A stretch of 64,000 nt of DNA from Synergistales bacterium (GTDB taxonomy: Bacteria > Synergistota > Synergistia > Synergistales > JAFGMB01), in assembly GCA_963666205.1 (NCBI GenBank), contig OY762654.1, positions 96,001 to 160,000 on the forward strand. The letters are read 5' to 3'. A program made the translations under genes and the position numbers. This document shows positions 49,181 through 58,701 of the stretch, piece by piece. Numbering within the stretch: position 1 is the first letter of the stretch; every line of letters begins with the position of its first letter. The notes under the pieces are model-generated. The model had not been told where the DNA came from. It did not search any database and saw nothing but the letters and a program-made list of their open reading frames with translations.

Positions 49181-50854
49181 TTGAACTATGGACCTGAACT
49201 AGTGTATTTCTGGGCAAGATCCCTCAAACAACACTATATACCATCATTCATTGACCGAATAGAAGGTGGTGAACACTGGGTAGCATTAAAACTTTCACAT
49301 TCCAGAAACTGGTTGTTCCTTTCCTGGCATTCCGTTACTAATGGATGTTGTATTGTAAACAAAGAAGATATAGATCCCCTTATTGAAAACTCAAAAAGAG
49401 CCGATCCGGTGCTACTCTTTTTAAAAAAACATATTTTAAGATCAAGGCTGGTTAATGTTGAACAGGCTTATGGAGACAGGATACTTGCGCTTTACTTCGA
49501 GAGAACTCTTGGAGCTGGTTTCAGAACTGGGTTAACTCTCAATCTTGAGTGTACTGGCAGCAGATCGAATATGATACTCATAGATGACAATAATATTATT
49601 AGGGAAACCGCGAGGCATATTAACCCGGAGATTAACCGTTACCGAACTATTTTACCCGGAATCTCTTATTGCCCACCGCCCCCTTTCAAAGGTCTGGAAC
49701 TGGGAGATCTGTCATGTAATGAACTTAAAGGTTCTCTTTCAAGGCTAAAGGGGGTCGGAACTCCTCTGAGCAGGTTAATCTTGCGTTTGTGGGATACACG
49801 TGAACCACAAGAGTGGATGAGCCTGCTGAAGTTAATCTTCGATACCCATGTACCACTCTCGGATTTCAGTCTCATCCGTTGTGGTAACTACGTTACAGTA
49901 TTTCCCGAAATACTGGAGGGTTGCGAACGCTTAAGTAAGGATATTCTCAAGGGAAGCAGATCTATGATATCTGAGTTGATGACAGACAGAACCAGAATGA
50001 AACTTTATAAGCAGAGTTGTGACATTCTTGATATCTTGATTCAAAGGAAGCAAAAGCACATGGAGGGTCTTCTTAACCAGATTAACAATGCTGGAAGGGC
50101 GGATTTCTATAAAATGGCTGGTGAATTACTGATGGCTAATTCTTACCGACTCAAAAAAGGGATAACACAGGTTCAATTGTCATCCTGGGATGACCCTGCC
50201 ATGGTTGTGGATCTAACGCTTGACCCTCGTCTCTCAATAATTCAGAATGCCCAGAAATATTTCAGAAAGTTTAAAAAAACAACCGTGTCTCATCCTGAAC
50301 AGATCGAAGCAAAGGTAGCTGGTCTCAGAGCCTCAATACAAGAGTTAAATGAGCAGAAAGAATTGTTAGGAATGATTGACGACACGATCCTCCTTCGTGA
50401 AGCAGCTCAGGATATTTCCGGTTGGATTAGTGGTACAGATAAAAAAAGACCACGGTCCAAAAAGTATATCCCTCCACATATCAGACTTAATCTTAATAAA
50501 CACCAGATCCTTGTCGGAGTCAATGCAAAGGGTAATAGATATGTGACTTTTCGTCTTGCCCACGCACAGGATCTATGGTTTCATGTGCATGAAATACCTG
50601 GAGCTCACGTGATACTCAAGGAAATTGAACAATCTGATACTTCCGAAACTGAAACTGCTATTAAGGTTGCTGCTTCTCTTGCAGCGTATTACAGCAGGGC
50701 AAAAAAAACGCTTAAAGTCCAGATAGACTACACCGAAAAGAAAAATGTAAGACATATTTCAGGAAGTGGAATAGCTCATGTTACATATAGCAATCCTGAA
50801 ACAATATTGATTAGCCCTGATCTATGGAAAGAGTATTTTGCAGATAAACAATAA
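49181..50854 (+). CDS. rqcH: NFACT/Rqc2 family ribosome quality-control protein (FbpA-like)
   Basis: Q..GDRI, E..G..SN.IL.D, R.ILPG..Y..PP, LDP..S...NAQKYF.K.KK, G.NA.GN, DLWFHV..IPGAHV, AA.LAAYYS, IDYT..KNV. Confidence 0.9.
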   Translation: MNYGPELVYFWARSLKQHYIPSFIDRIEGGEHWVALKLSHSRNWLFLSWHSVTNGCCIVNKEDIDPLIENSKRADPVLLFLKKHILRSRLVNVEQAYGDRILALYFERTLGAGFRTGLTLNLECTGSRSNMILIDDNNIIRETARHINPEINRYRTILPGISYCPPPPFKGLELGDLSCNELKGSLSRLKGVGTPLSRLILRLWDTREPQEWMSLLKLIFDTHVPLSDFSLIRCGNYVTVFPEILEGCERLSKDILKGSRSMISELMTDRTRMKLYKQSCDILDILIQRKQKHMEGLLNQINNAGRADFYKMAGELLMANSYRLKKGITQVQLSSWDDPAMVVDLTLDPRLSIIQNAQKYFRKFKKTTVSHPEQIEAKVAGLRASIQELNEQKELLGMIDDTILLREAAQDISGWISGTDKKRPRSKKYIPPHIRLNLNKHQILVGVNAKGNRYVTFRLAHAQDLWFHVHEIPGAHVILKEIEQSDTSETETAIKVAASLAAYYSRAKKTLKVQIDYTEKKNVRHISGSGIAHVTYSNPETILISPDLWKEYFADKQ

Positions 50855-51863
50855 GCTCAGGTGGTAGGGGTTGAGTGAAATACAGCCTTTTCAGCGTTAC
50901 TGGATGAATAAAACCCAGTTTCCAGGAATGAAGAAAGACCCTACCCATTTCCTGGTAAGAGATATTTCTCCCCCCGTACAGGATATCGCCAGCAAGTGGA
51001 CATCCTATGTATCGTAAATGCACTCTTATCTGGTGAGTCCTGCCAGTAAGAAGGGTGCATTCTAGAAGGCTATGATTATTGCAGGACCATAGAACCCTGT
51101 ACAATGTTCTTGACTCCCGACCTGTAGATAAGATAGCCATCCTTTTCCTATTTCGCGGGTCTCGTCCAATGGGAAGATCGATGAGACCCTCCTTGTGCGA
51201 TGGAACACCTCTGGTCAATGCAAGGTATTTCTTTATTACAGACCTCGCTTTAAATTGGGCCTGAAGTCCTTCCATAGACTGCTGATCACGGGCTATTATC
51301 ATTAGACCGGAGGTAGACTGGTCTAAACGATGAACGATCCCGGGCCTTATCACATTATTGAATAATCCTATTTCTGGGTATCTGTAAATAAGTCCATGAA
51401 CCAGTGTCCCATGCCAGTTTCCCGGAGCGGGATGTACCACTATCCCTGCAGGCTTGTTAATCACAAGGATAGAGCCATCTTCATACAGTACATCAAAAGG
51501 TACTGGTTCAGGAGTTACCTGAAGATTTTCAACCGGGGGGATGGTTACCGTGATCTGTTGTCCTGACTGGACTCTGTTTGATTGTTTTAACCGTATTTGT
51601 TGATCATTGACTACGTTACCATCTTTTATAAGGTGTTGAACGAAAGATCTGCTAAGACCCATAACATTTGAGAGGTAAATATCCAGACGTTGGCCAGCAT
51701 TTACAGATTCTGGACTGATCTTGCAGAAAGTTACTTTTGTTTCGTTTTCATCGATAGGGCCAGGGTCGCTATCGTTCAGGATCCATAAAGAATCTCCACC
51801 TTCGTCTGGACAGGGAACGTTCATTGCATCATTATTTTTCTGTTCTGTCATTCTTTTCGTCAT
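50811..51863 (-). CDS. rluD: RluA-family pseudouridine synthase with S4 domain (RluD-like); true start may lie further downstream
   Basis: RLD.YL, YED...VINKPAG.VVHP, RPGIVHRLD..TSG, LTGRTHQIRVH, GD.LYG. Confidence 0.92.
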   Translation of the reverse strand: MTKRMTEQKNNDAMNVPCPDEGGDSLWILNDSDPGPIDENETKVTFCKISPESVNAGQRLDIYLSNVMGLSRSFVQHLIKDGNVVNDQQIRLKQSNRVQSGQQITVTIPPVENLQVTPEPVPFDVLYEDGSILVINKPAGIVVHPAPGNWHGTLVHGLIYRYPEIGLFNNVIRPGIVHRLDQSTSGLMIIARDQQSMEGLQAQFKARSVIKKYLALTRGVPSHKEGLIDLPIGRDPRNRKRMAILSTGRESRTLYRVLWSCNNHSLLECTLLTGRTHQIRVHLRYIGCPLAGDILYGGRNISYQEMGRVFLHSWKLGFIHPVTLKRLYFTQPLPPELIVYLQNTLSIDQG

Positions 51864-52206
51864 TTTCTTTGCAGGATTTGCAGTACCGTGCCCAAGGTTT
51901 TACAAGAAGTCTCTGGATTTCTATAGGCTTTAAACACCTTTCACATATACCGTATTTTTCAGCAGAATTATCCAGTTTATACAAAGCGTGTCTAACAATG
52001 GACAGTTCATTCGCTACAGTTAACATTTCTGCTGTAGTAGATTCTCTTTCAGTGAGATCACTTGCAATATCGACAAAATCTTTATTTTCATTAACTCCAG
52101 AACCAGACTTATCCATTTTCCCTGTTACCTGGATCAGTCTATCCATCAAGGCAACTAGTTCGCTCTCCCTGTTTTTGAGATTTACCCTGATCTCGTGAGT
52201 ACCCAT
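51832..52206 (-). CDS. TraR/DksA family C4 zinc-finger protein
   Basis: Coiled coil with DFVDIA tip; YGICERC..PI...RL...PWA.YC..C; GGAGG RBS. Confidence 0.88.
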   Translation of the reverse strand: MGTHEIRVNLKNRESELVALMDRLIQVTGKMDKSGSGVNENKDFVDIASDLTERESTTAEMLTVANELSIVRHALYKLDNSAEKYGICERCLKPIEIQRLLVKPWARYCKSCKENDEKNDRTEK

Positions 52207-52226
52207 TAGTTGATTACCTCCAGATC

Positions 52227-52261
52227 TGTCAGAGCCAGGAACTATAAACCCGGCTCTGACA
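52227..52261. other. Stable hairpin between ileS and the dksA-like gene (no 3' U-run on the minus strand)
   Basis: TGTCAGAGCC / GGCTCTGACA 10-bp perfect arms. Confidence 0.6.
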
Positions 52262-52273
52262 AAAATCCTTTTT

Positions 52274-55063
52274 TTAACTATTCATAACAAAAGAACAGCG
52301 GGGGCATAATCCTCCTCCATCCGTTTCTTCTGAATATTTCCAGCACCTTGGGCATTTCTGACCTGGAGCTTTATTGATCCCTATTTTAAGGCCGGTTTCC
52401 TCATCATGAAAAACAACAGAACAGTTCTTTACATCAGTTTCACCAGCAGTCTCAAAATCCGAAACGATGTTCAGAGTTTCCCATTCAATTTCTGAACAGG
52501 AGTTGAGAACGTTAGTATAATCTCCTGGAAGTATTTTGACCTGTGCTTCAAGAGGATGGCCTATCAGACCTTCAGCTCGTGCCTTTTCAAGAGCTCTGCT
52601 TAATGTCCCTTTGACATTGATAATGCCTGACCATTTTTTATCAAGTTCATTATTTATCATATTATCATCTTTTTGGGGCCAGTCAGCAAGGAATACACTT
52701 TCAGGAAGTGTCACATCGATCTTGAGAATTTCCTGCCATGTTTCTTCGGTTGTAAAGCTCAGAACAGGTGCAAGTAGTCTCGTAAGTGTAGTAAGTACAG
52801 ACCAGAGTACTGTCTGACAACCTCGTCTTGTTACACTATCCTTGCCATCAGCATAGAGACGGTCTTTGCTTGCATCAAGGTAGAATGCACTAAGTTCATT
52901 TACACAGAACTGGTGAATTATGAAAGTGGGCACATGAAATTCATATTCATCATATGCTTTTGTTGTTTTTCCTATGATCTGATTAAGCTGGGATAGAATC
53001 CACTTATCCATATCATGAAGGTCCTCATAAGAAACACTGTGTTCAGATGGAACAAAGTCAGATAGATTACCGAGAAGAAATCGAACGGTATTCCTTATTC
53101 TTCTATAGGATTCAGTAAGGTTCTTGATGATCCCATCGGATATCCGAACATCGTTCCTATAATCCGTAGATGCCACCCATAATCTGAGAATATCGGCACC
53201 AAACTTGTCGATGATCTCTTGTGGTTTAATCACATTACCAATAGATTTGGACATTTTTTTGCCATCTCCGTCAACAATAAAACCATGAGTAAGGACTTGC
53301 TCATAGGGAGCGCTTGCTCTGGTAGCAACGGAGGTTAACAGAGAAGTCTGGAACCACCCGCGATGCTGGTCGCTACCCTCGAGGTAGAGTTCTGCTGGCC
53401 AGTGAAGTTCATCCCTTGTTTCAAGAACGGCAAAGTGGCTTACACCTGAATCAAACCAGACGTCCATTATATCCCTGTCTTTTTTTAGATGTCTGCTATT
53501 ACAGTGGGGGCAGAAAGCAAGATCTCCGAGGAGATCTTCAGGTGACAGTTCCCACCATATGCTGGATCCATGTTCTTTAACCTTTTCCTGAACTTTTCTG
53601 ATCCGGTCTGGCACAAGGATTACCTTGCCGCAATCCTCACAGTAAAAAGCTGGAATAGGTACTCCCCAAATCCTCTGGCGACTGATACACCAGTCCGACC
53701 TGTCTCTTACCATATTGAAAATGCGATCTTTACCCCACTCAGGTATCCACTTTACGTGATTGTCTATTATATCAAGGGCTGAGTCTCTGAATTTGTTAAC
53801 ATTCACAAACCATTGATCTGTGGATCTGAATATAACGGGTTTTTTACAACGCCAGCAATGAGGGTAGGAATGCATCAATTTCTTATGTCCAAGAAGTCTA
53901 CCGGAATCTTTAAGGAGTTGAAGTACAATTGAAGCTCCCTCCTCAATTGATCTTCCGCCTACAATGGGTGTTTCGGGTACAAAATAACCTTTGTCATCTA
54001 CTGGATTATAGACCTTAATGCCATACTTAATACCTGTTTCGTAGTCTTCCACACCATGTCCGGGTGCAGTATGAACACAACCGGTTCCTTGATCAAGAAG
54101 TACATAATCTGCAAGAACAATCGGTATCTCTCTGCTCTCATAAAAAGGATGTCTTCCAACAATCCCCTCGAGTTCATGCCCCTTAAAACTGAAAAGAGGT
54201 TCAGAGAATTCCAGGCCAGTAAGTTCTTTCACAGTATCAAGGAGACCTTTCGCAACCATGTAAACCTTTCCTTCAGCTTTTACAAAGACATAGTCGAAAT
54301 TGGGGTTTATAGCCACAGCCATGCTTGCAGGAAGAGTCCATGGTGTAGTTGTCCAGACTATAACATTTACATCTTCTCCCTCAAGATCAGGTATGTGTGT
54401 TTCGATTTGTGGAATAGAATAAGCGACAAATATTGAGGGGGAAGATTCATCCCAATACTCTATCTCTGCAGTGGCAAGTGCTGTCTGGCAGTCAATGCAC
54501 CAGTAGACCGGCTTTTTCCCTTTATAGACAAGATCCTTTTCGACCATGTCTGCAAAAGCACCTATCTGGGCTGCCTCGTACTCTGGGTTGAGCGTCATGT
54601 AGGGATCATCCCAGTCACCTATAACACCAAGTCTTTTGAATTCCTCTCTCTGAATATCCCGGAACTTGTAAGCATATTCCGTGCATTCCCGGCGCAATTC
54701 AACTGGTTCAAGTTCATCCTTGGAAATTCCTTTGGATTTGAGTACATGAAGCTCAATAGGGAGACCATGGGTATCCCAACCAGGAACGTAAGGTGAAAAA
54801 TATCCTCTCATCCATTTATATTTTGGAATAAAATCTTTGAGGATCTTGTTAAAAGCAGTTCCAATATGTATATTTCCATTGGCATATGGAGGACCATCGT
54901 GAAGAATGAAGGATTTACAATTCTTTCTTGATTCGATCAGTTTCCTGTAAAGATCGATATCGTACCAGAATTTGAGGAAATCCGGTTCTCTTGTGGCAAG
55001 GTTTGCCCTCATCGGAAACGATGTTTTGGGCAGATTAAGAGTATCTTTGTAGTCTACAGGCAT
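52274..55063 (-). CDS. ileS: Isoleucine--tRNA ligase (type 1)
   Basis: DYK.TLNLP.T.FPMRA.L, HDGPPYANG.IHIG, WTTTPWTLP, EGSDQHRGWF, KMSKS, C-terminal KCPRCW...LCPRC. Confidence 0.98.
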   Translation of the reverse strand: MPVDYKDTLNLPKTSFPMRANLATREPDFLKFWYDIDLYRKLIESRKNCKSFILHDGPPYANGNIHIGTAFNKILKDFIPKYKWMRGYFSPYVPGWDTHGLPIELHVLKSKGISKDELEPVELRRECTEYAYKFRDIQREEFKRLGVIGDWDDPYMTLNPEYEAAQIGAFADMVEKDLVYKGKKPVYWCIDCQTALATAEIEYWDESSPSIFVAYSIPQIETHIPDLEGEDVNVIVWTTTPWTLPASMAVAINPNFDYVFVKAEGKVYMVAKGLLDTVKELTGLEFSEPLFSFKGHELEGIVGRHPFYESREIPIVLADYVLLDQGTGCVHTAPGHGVEDYETGIKYGIKVYNPVDDKGYFVPETPIVGGRSIEEGASIVLQLLKDSGRLLGHKKLMHSYPHCWRCKKPVIFRSTDQWFVNVNKFRDSALDIIDNHVKWIPEWGKDRIFNMVRDRSDWCISRQRIWGVPIPAFYCEDCGKVILVPDRIRKVQEKVKEHGSSIWWELSPEDLLGDLAFCPHCNSRHLKKDRDIMDVWFDSGVSHFAVLETRDELHWPAELYLEGSDQHRGWFQTSLLTSVATRASAPYEQVLTHGFIVDGDGKKMSKSIGNVIKPQEIIDKFGADILRLWVASTDYRNDVRISDGIIKNLTESYRRIRNTVRFLLGNLSDFVPSEHSVSYEDLHDMDKWILSQLNQIIGKTTKAYDEYEFHVPTFIIHQFCVNELSAFYLDASKDRLYADGKDSVTRRGCQTVLWSVLTTLTRLLAPVLSFTTEETWQEILKIDVTLPESVFLADWPQKDDNMINNELDKKWSGIINVKGTLSRALEKARAEGLIGHPLEAQVKILPGDYTNVLNSCSEIEWETLNIVSDFETAGETDVKNCSVVFHDEETGLKIGINKAPGQKCPRCWKYSEETDGGGLCPRCSFVMNS

Positions 55064-55090
55064 GTGGAGTTTCTCCCCTCTCTAAATAGG

Positions 55091-55118
55091 AAAATGCCGT
55101 CCCCCATGGGGAGACGGC
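55091..55118 (-). terminator. Terminator-like hairpin between TRAP gene and ileS
   Basis: Minus strand GCCGTCTCCCC-AT-GGGGGACGGC-ATTTT. Confidence 0.6.
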
Positions 55119-55176
55119 TTATATACCATGCTTACAGCATTTTAACACAAATTCTGGGTATAGGACCAGAAAACCA

Positions 55177-57144
55177 TCACTCCGTCATGGTATTTGCTTT
55201 TTTAAGCCTGACAACCTGAAGCAAGTGCATTGTTCCAAGAATCACCAGACCCGTAATGTCAGTCTGTATACCAGGGATAAGCAGACTAAGGGCTCCACCG
55301 AAACAAAGGATCCTTTGCCACCAGTCAAGCTTCATCTTATAGAAGCCGATCGACCCCATCCCGAGGAGGAAAACACCCAGAATTGCGGTAATTATAGCCA
55401 AAGTGAATGGTAAAGGCTGGAACCCGACCAGGACAAGCATGGGATTATAAACATATATATACGGGACAAGGAATCCAGCCAGAGCAAGTTTCACGGCTGT
55501 GGCGCCAGTCTTCATTGGTTCGGCACCCGCAATTCCTGCTCCCGCATAGGCAGCCAATGCAACTGGAGGACTCAGGTCTGCTGCAATACCGAAATAAAGA
55601 ACAAACATGTATGCTGCCATAGGTGGTACATCAAGCTGGAACAGGGCAGGTGCGCACATAGTGCTGGTCACAATGAAGTTGGCTGTGGTAGGAAGTCCTG
55701 CACCTAGAAGTATGCATGCGACCATGGTAAGAAGAAGAGATGGTAAAAGTTTTCCGCCTGCAATAGCTACAATAGCCCCGGCAATTCTCAGGCCGAGGCC
55801 TGTAAGAGTGGCAGTTCCTACAATAATACCTACAGTAGCACAAGCACATGCTACAGCCAGAGCCCCCCTGGCACCGCTTTCAAGGGCTTCTTTCAACTTA
55901 ACAGGGGTTAACATGGTTTCCTTATTCAAATATGATACGGCAACAGTGATAAGGATACCATAATAAGCAGCTTTTAAAGGAGTATAACCCGTCAGCAGGA
56001 AATAAACGATCCCGAAAAGAGGTAAAAGGAGATGTCCCTTTGTTCTTAAAAGTGTCCAGAGTTTAGGAAGCCTGTTACGGGGAAGTCCTTTGAGACCAAG
56101 CCTAGAGGCTTCAAGATGGACCTGGATCAAAACTGCAAAATAATAAAGAAGGGCCGGAACTATGGCTGCAAGGGCAACTTTGATATATGGTACACCCAGA
56201 AATTCAGCCATAATAAACGCAGCAGCACCCATAACTGGTGGCATGATCTGTCCTCCCGTTGAGGCAACTGCTTCCACTGCTCCTGCAAAATAAGGCTTAT
56301 ATCCGACACTTTTCATTAATGGAATAGTAAACATACCAGTTGTGCAGACGTTGGCCACGGAAGATCCTGAGATAGAGCCCATTAAACCTGAACTCAAGAC
56401 TGCAACCTTCGCCGGTCCACCAGTAGCATGACCTGCGAGTGCCATTGCAAGATCTATTATAAATCGGCCCATTCCGGTCTGTTCAAGAAAAGAACCAAAC
56501 AGAATGAACATGAAAACAAATGTTGCAGAAACAGCAAGGGGAATGCCGAATACACCCTCGGTTCCCATGTACATATGGTTGATTATGCGGGTAAAGTTAA
56601 ATCCTCTGTGCTGGAACATTTCAGGGAATTGTCTTCCGAAATAACAATAGAACAGGAAAAAGATTGCAATACAGGGAAGAATTGGACTGGAAACCCTTCT
56701 TGTTGCCTCAAGGAGAAGAACTATTCCGATGAATCCAACTATCAGATCTGTTTGAGTGGGAAGGCCGGCTCGATAGACCATCTGTTCAAAATTGAAGACC
56801 ATGTAAAGGGTAACACCAGCCCCAAGAATTGCTAGAATGTAGTCGTACCAAGGTATATCTTTTCTTGAACATTTATCAGAAAATGGATAAAGAAGAAAAA
56901 CTAGTACAAGGACAAAGGCCAGATGAATGGCTCTTTGTTTCATAGCAAGAAGGAGCCCGAACCCCGATGTATACAGATGAAATAATGACATCGAGACAGC
57001 AATGACGGTTATTATAAGAGCTTGCCAGCCGATGAGAGATCTGTTGCGGGCCTCAGTATCGAACTGTCTCCTGAGTTCATCCAGATCAATGGTACTTTCA
57101 TTTTTTTCTAAAATGGTTTCTGATATATTTTGCGAATTCGCCAT
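55177..57144 (-). CDS. TRAP transporter fused 4TM/12TM permease (TAXI-type); start adjusted to MANSQ
   Basis: EGVFGIP, GGPAKVAV.SS..MG.ISGSSVANV..TG.FTIPLMK, EAVASTGGQIMPPVMGAAAF, G.GLPTTA, SPPVALAAYA. Confidence 0.93.
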   Translation of the reverse strand: MANSQNISETILEKNESTIDLDELRRQFDTEARNRSLIGWQALIITVIAVSMSLFHLYTSGFGLLLAMKQRAIHLAFVLVLVFLLYPFSDKCSRKDIPWYDYILAILGAGVTLYMVFNFEQMVYRAGLPTQTDLIVGFIGIVLLLEATRRVSSPILPCIAIFFLFYCYFGRQFPEMFQHRGFNFTRIINHMYMGTEGVFGIPLAVSATFVFMFILFGSFLEQTGMGRFIIDLAMALAGHATGGPAKVAVLSSGLMGSISGSSVANVCTTGMFTIPLMKSVGYKPYFAGAVEAVASTGGQIMPPVMGAAAFIMAEFLGVPYIKVALAAIVPALLYYFAVLIQVHLEASRLGLKGLPRNRLPKLWTLLRTKGHLLLPLFGIVYFLLTGYTPLKAAYYGILITVAVSYLNKETMLTPVKLKEALESGARGALAVACACATVGIIVGTATLTGLGLRIAGAIVAIAGGKLLPSLLLTMVACILLGAGLPTTANFIVTSTMCAPALFQLDVPPMAAYMFVLYFGIAADLSPPVALAAYAGAGIAGAEPMKTGATAVKLALAGFLVPYIYVYNPMLVLVGFQPLPFTLAIITAILGVFLLGMGSIGFYKMKLDWWQRILCFGGALSLLIPGIQTDITGLVILGTMHLLQVVRLKKANTMTE

Positions 57145-57210
57145 TAATGTTACCCCCCCCAAGGATATTCCTAACATTAAAGATCATGAAAAATAACAAT
57201 GGTAAAAATT

Positions 57211-57735
57211 CTATTTATTTTCAAGTAAAAGAGTTGTCCCCTCTTCAAGAATAACTTTTATCAGTGGTTCTCGAATTACTTGAAACCTGAGTAGATGATC
57301 GGGCCATGAACTGTAAAGATCCATTCGTCTAAAAGGTGACAGGCTCATCCAGTTCTGACCAAGTTCAGAATTTCCAACACGAAGGTTTAACGTTTGCCAG
57401 CTATATCTCCCCCCCCTTACATACATCCATTTCCTATCACTGGAGAAACTACCGTTCCTTGGCGCTGCAACTGGCAATCCTGCATTGTGAGAAACTACCC
57501 TTTCCTCCCAGAGCCACAGTTTTGAGTCAAGAATTCTGTAATCATCCTCTACAGGCGTTAATTGGACTGAATGAATATATCCGGTACGTAAAGTCTGTCC
57601 TGACGAAACAGGCAAAGAAAATAACAAAGTGTTTTGTGTAAAAACACTTAATTTGTTGACTGGAGAACAGAAAATTACGACCAAACTGAGTATCATAACG
57701 AGAATAAGAAGTTTTTTGCCAAGTCCTGTGTTCAT
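57211..57735 (-). CDS. DUF1850-family protein (start adjusted to MNTG; ORF track 57924)
   Basis: N-terminal TM; YIHSV..TPV.D.Y, SHNAGLP motifs; typical neighbour of TAXI-TRAP permeases. Confidence 0.8.
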   Translation of the reverse strand: MNTGLGKKLLILVMILSLVVIFCSPVNKLSVFTQNTLLFSLPVSSGQTLRTGYIHSVQLTPVEDDYRILDSKLWLWEERVVSHNAGLPVAAPRNGSFSSDRKWMYVRGGRYSWQTLNLRVGNSELGQNWMSLSPFRRMDLYSSWPDHLLRFQVIREPLIKVILEEGTTLLLENK

Positions 57736-58452
57736 ATTCTTTTCCACACTTCCTGAAAATGCAATAGCTGAAATTATGTGATTGCATTTTCCCCTGAGCT
57801 TGCCAGAGATCAGATAAAGACCTATAGTCTGTTTTCCAGAAAGATATTGTATCAAGATAAAGCTCCAAGAACAAATACATATACAACATATTGCATAAAA
57901 TAATACAGTATTTGCCAGATCCATTTGATATTATTCATCCTGTTTACCGATAAAGTCTCCAAGATCATGTTTTCTGTAATCTTAGTACTAACGTGCATCC
58001 ACATACTCTGAGAATCCTAGCCTCGGCTTGAATGCATTCGGTTATACCCGTACCGATAAAATAGAGATATATCTACTAGTGTACCTTCTAGACAAGTTTC
58101 TCCTGAAGACTGGATAGATGAATTGTCTGATATTTGAGTAGACGATCCCTATTTTACGTGTAAATCCCCTTCTCCAGTATCCAGGAAAAGAATGATCAAG
58201 GGTTTTACGAAGGAAGATCTAGGTCGCAGGATTTTCACAACTACCAGGGTGTTCAACGTGAAGTAAAGAACGGGTTTCCATTTATTACAATAAATGTCTG
58301 GAAATCGGGAATGGAAGAGGAGGCTAATCCTTTTAGAGTCCTTAATTGTTCTGTGACTTTCCCTTCAGTTTTTCTGAAGTGGAGAAAATCATCAGGATTT
58401 CCTCCAGGGGAGGAGAATCTTTCCTTAAAGGAATTACATTATAGCTGTTCAT

Positions 58453-58491
58453 AAAAAAAGACCTCTTATCACATGAATAAGAAGTCTTTTT
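58453..58491. terminator. Bidirectional terminator-like hairpin downstream of tRNA-Arg(CCT)
   Basis: AAAAAAGAC-CTCTTAT...ATAAGAA-GTCTTTTT imperfect stem with A/T tails. Confidence 0.6.
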
Positions 58492-58586
58492 GAGTACTTG
58501 GCAGCAAACTATTCTATAACATGCAATCACTGTAGTATAAGGAATTACACGGTGTTATTTCTGTTGTCTCGAGACATAATACAAAA

Positions 58587-58662
<76 letters not shown>

Positions 58663-58701
58663 GCAGAACGGCGATTATCTTATCATTTGTTTGTTTTATA
58701 T

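Noticed and set aside
51824-52198. 124-aa plus-strand ORF
   Set aside because: Antisense to the dksA-like gene, which has the motifs and the RBS.
57736-57924. Cys-rich N-terminal extension of the DUF1850 ORF
   Set aside because: The family-like sequence starts at MNTG with its own TM segment; the extension looks like a chance open frame.
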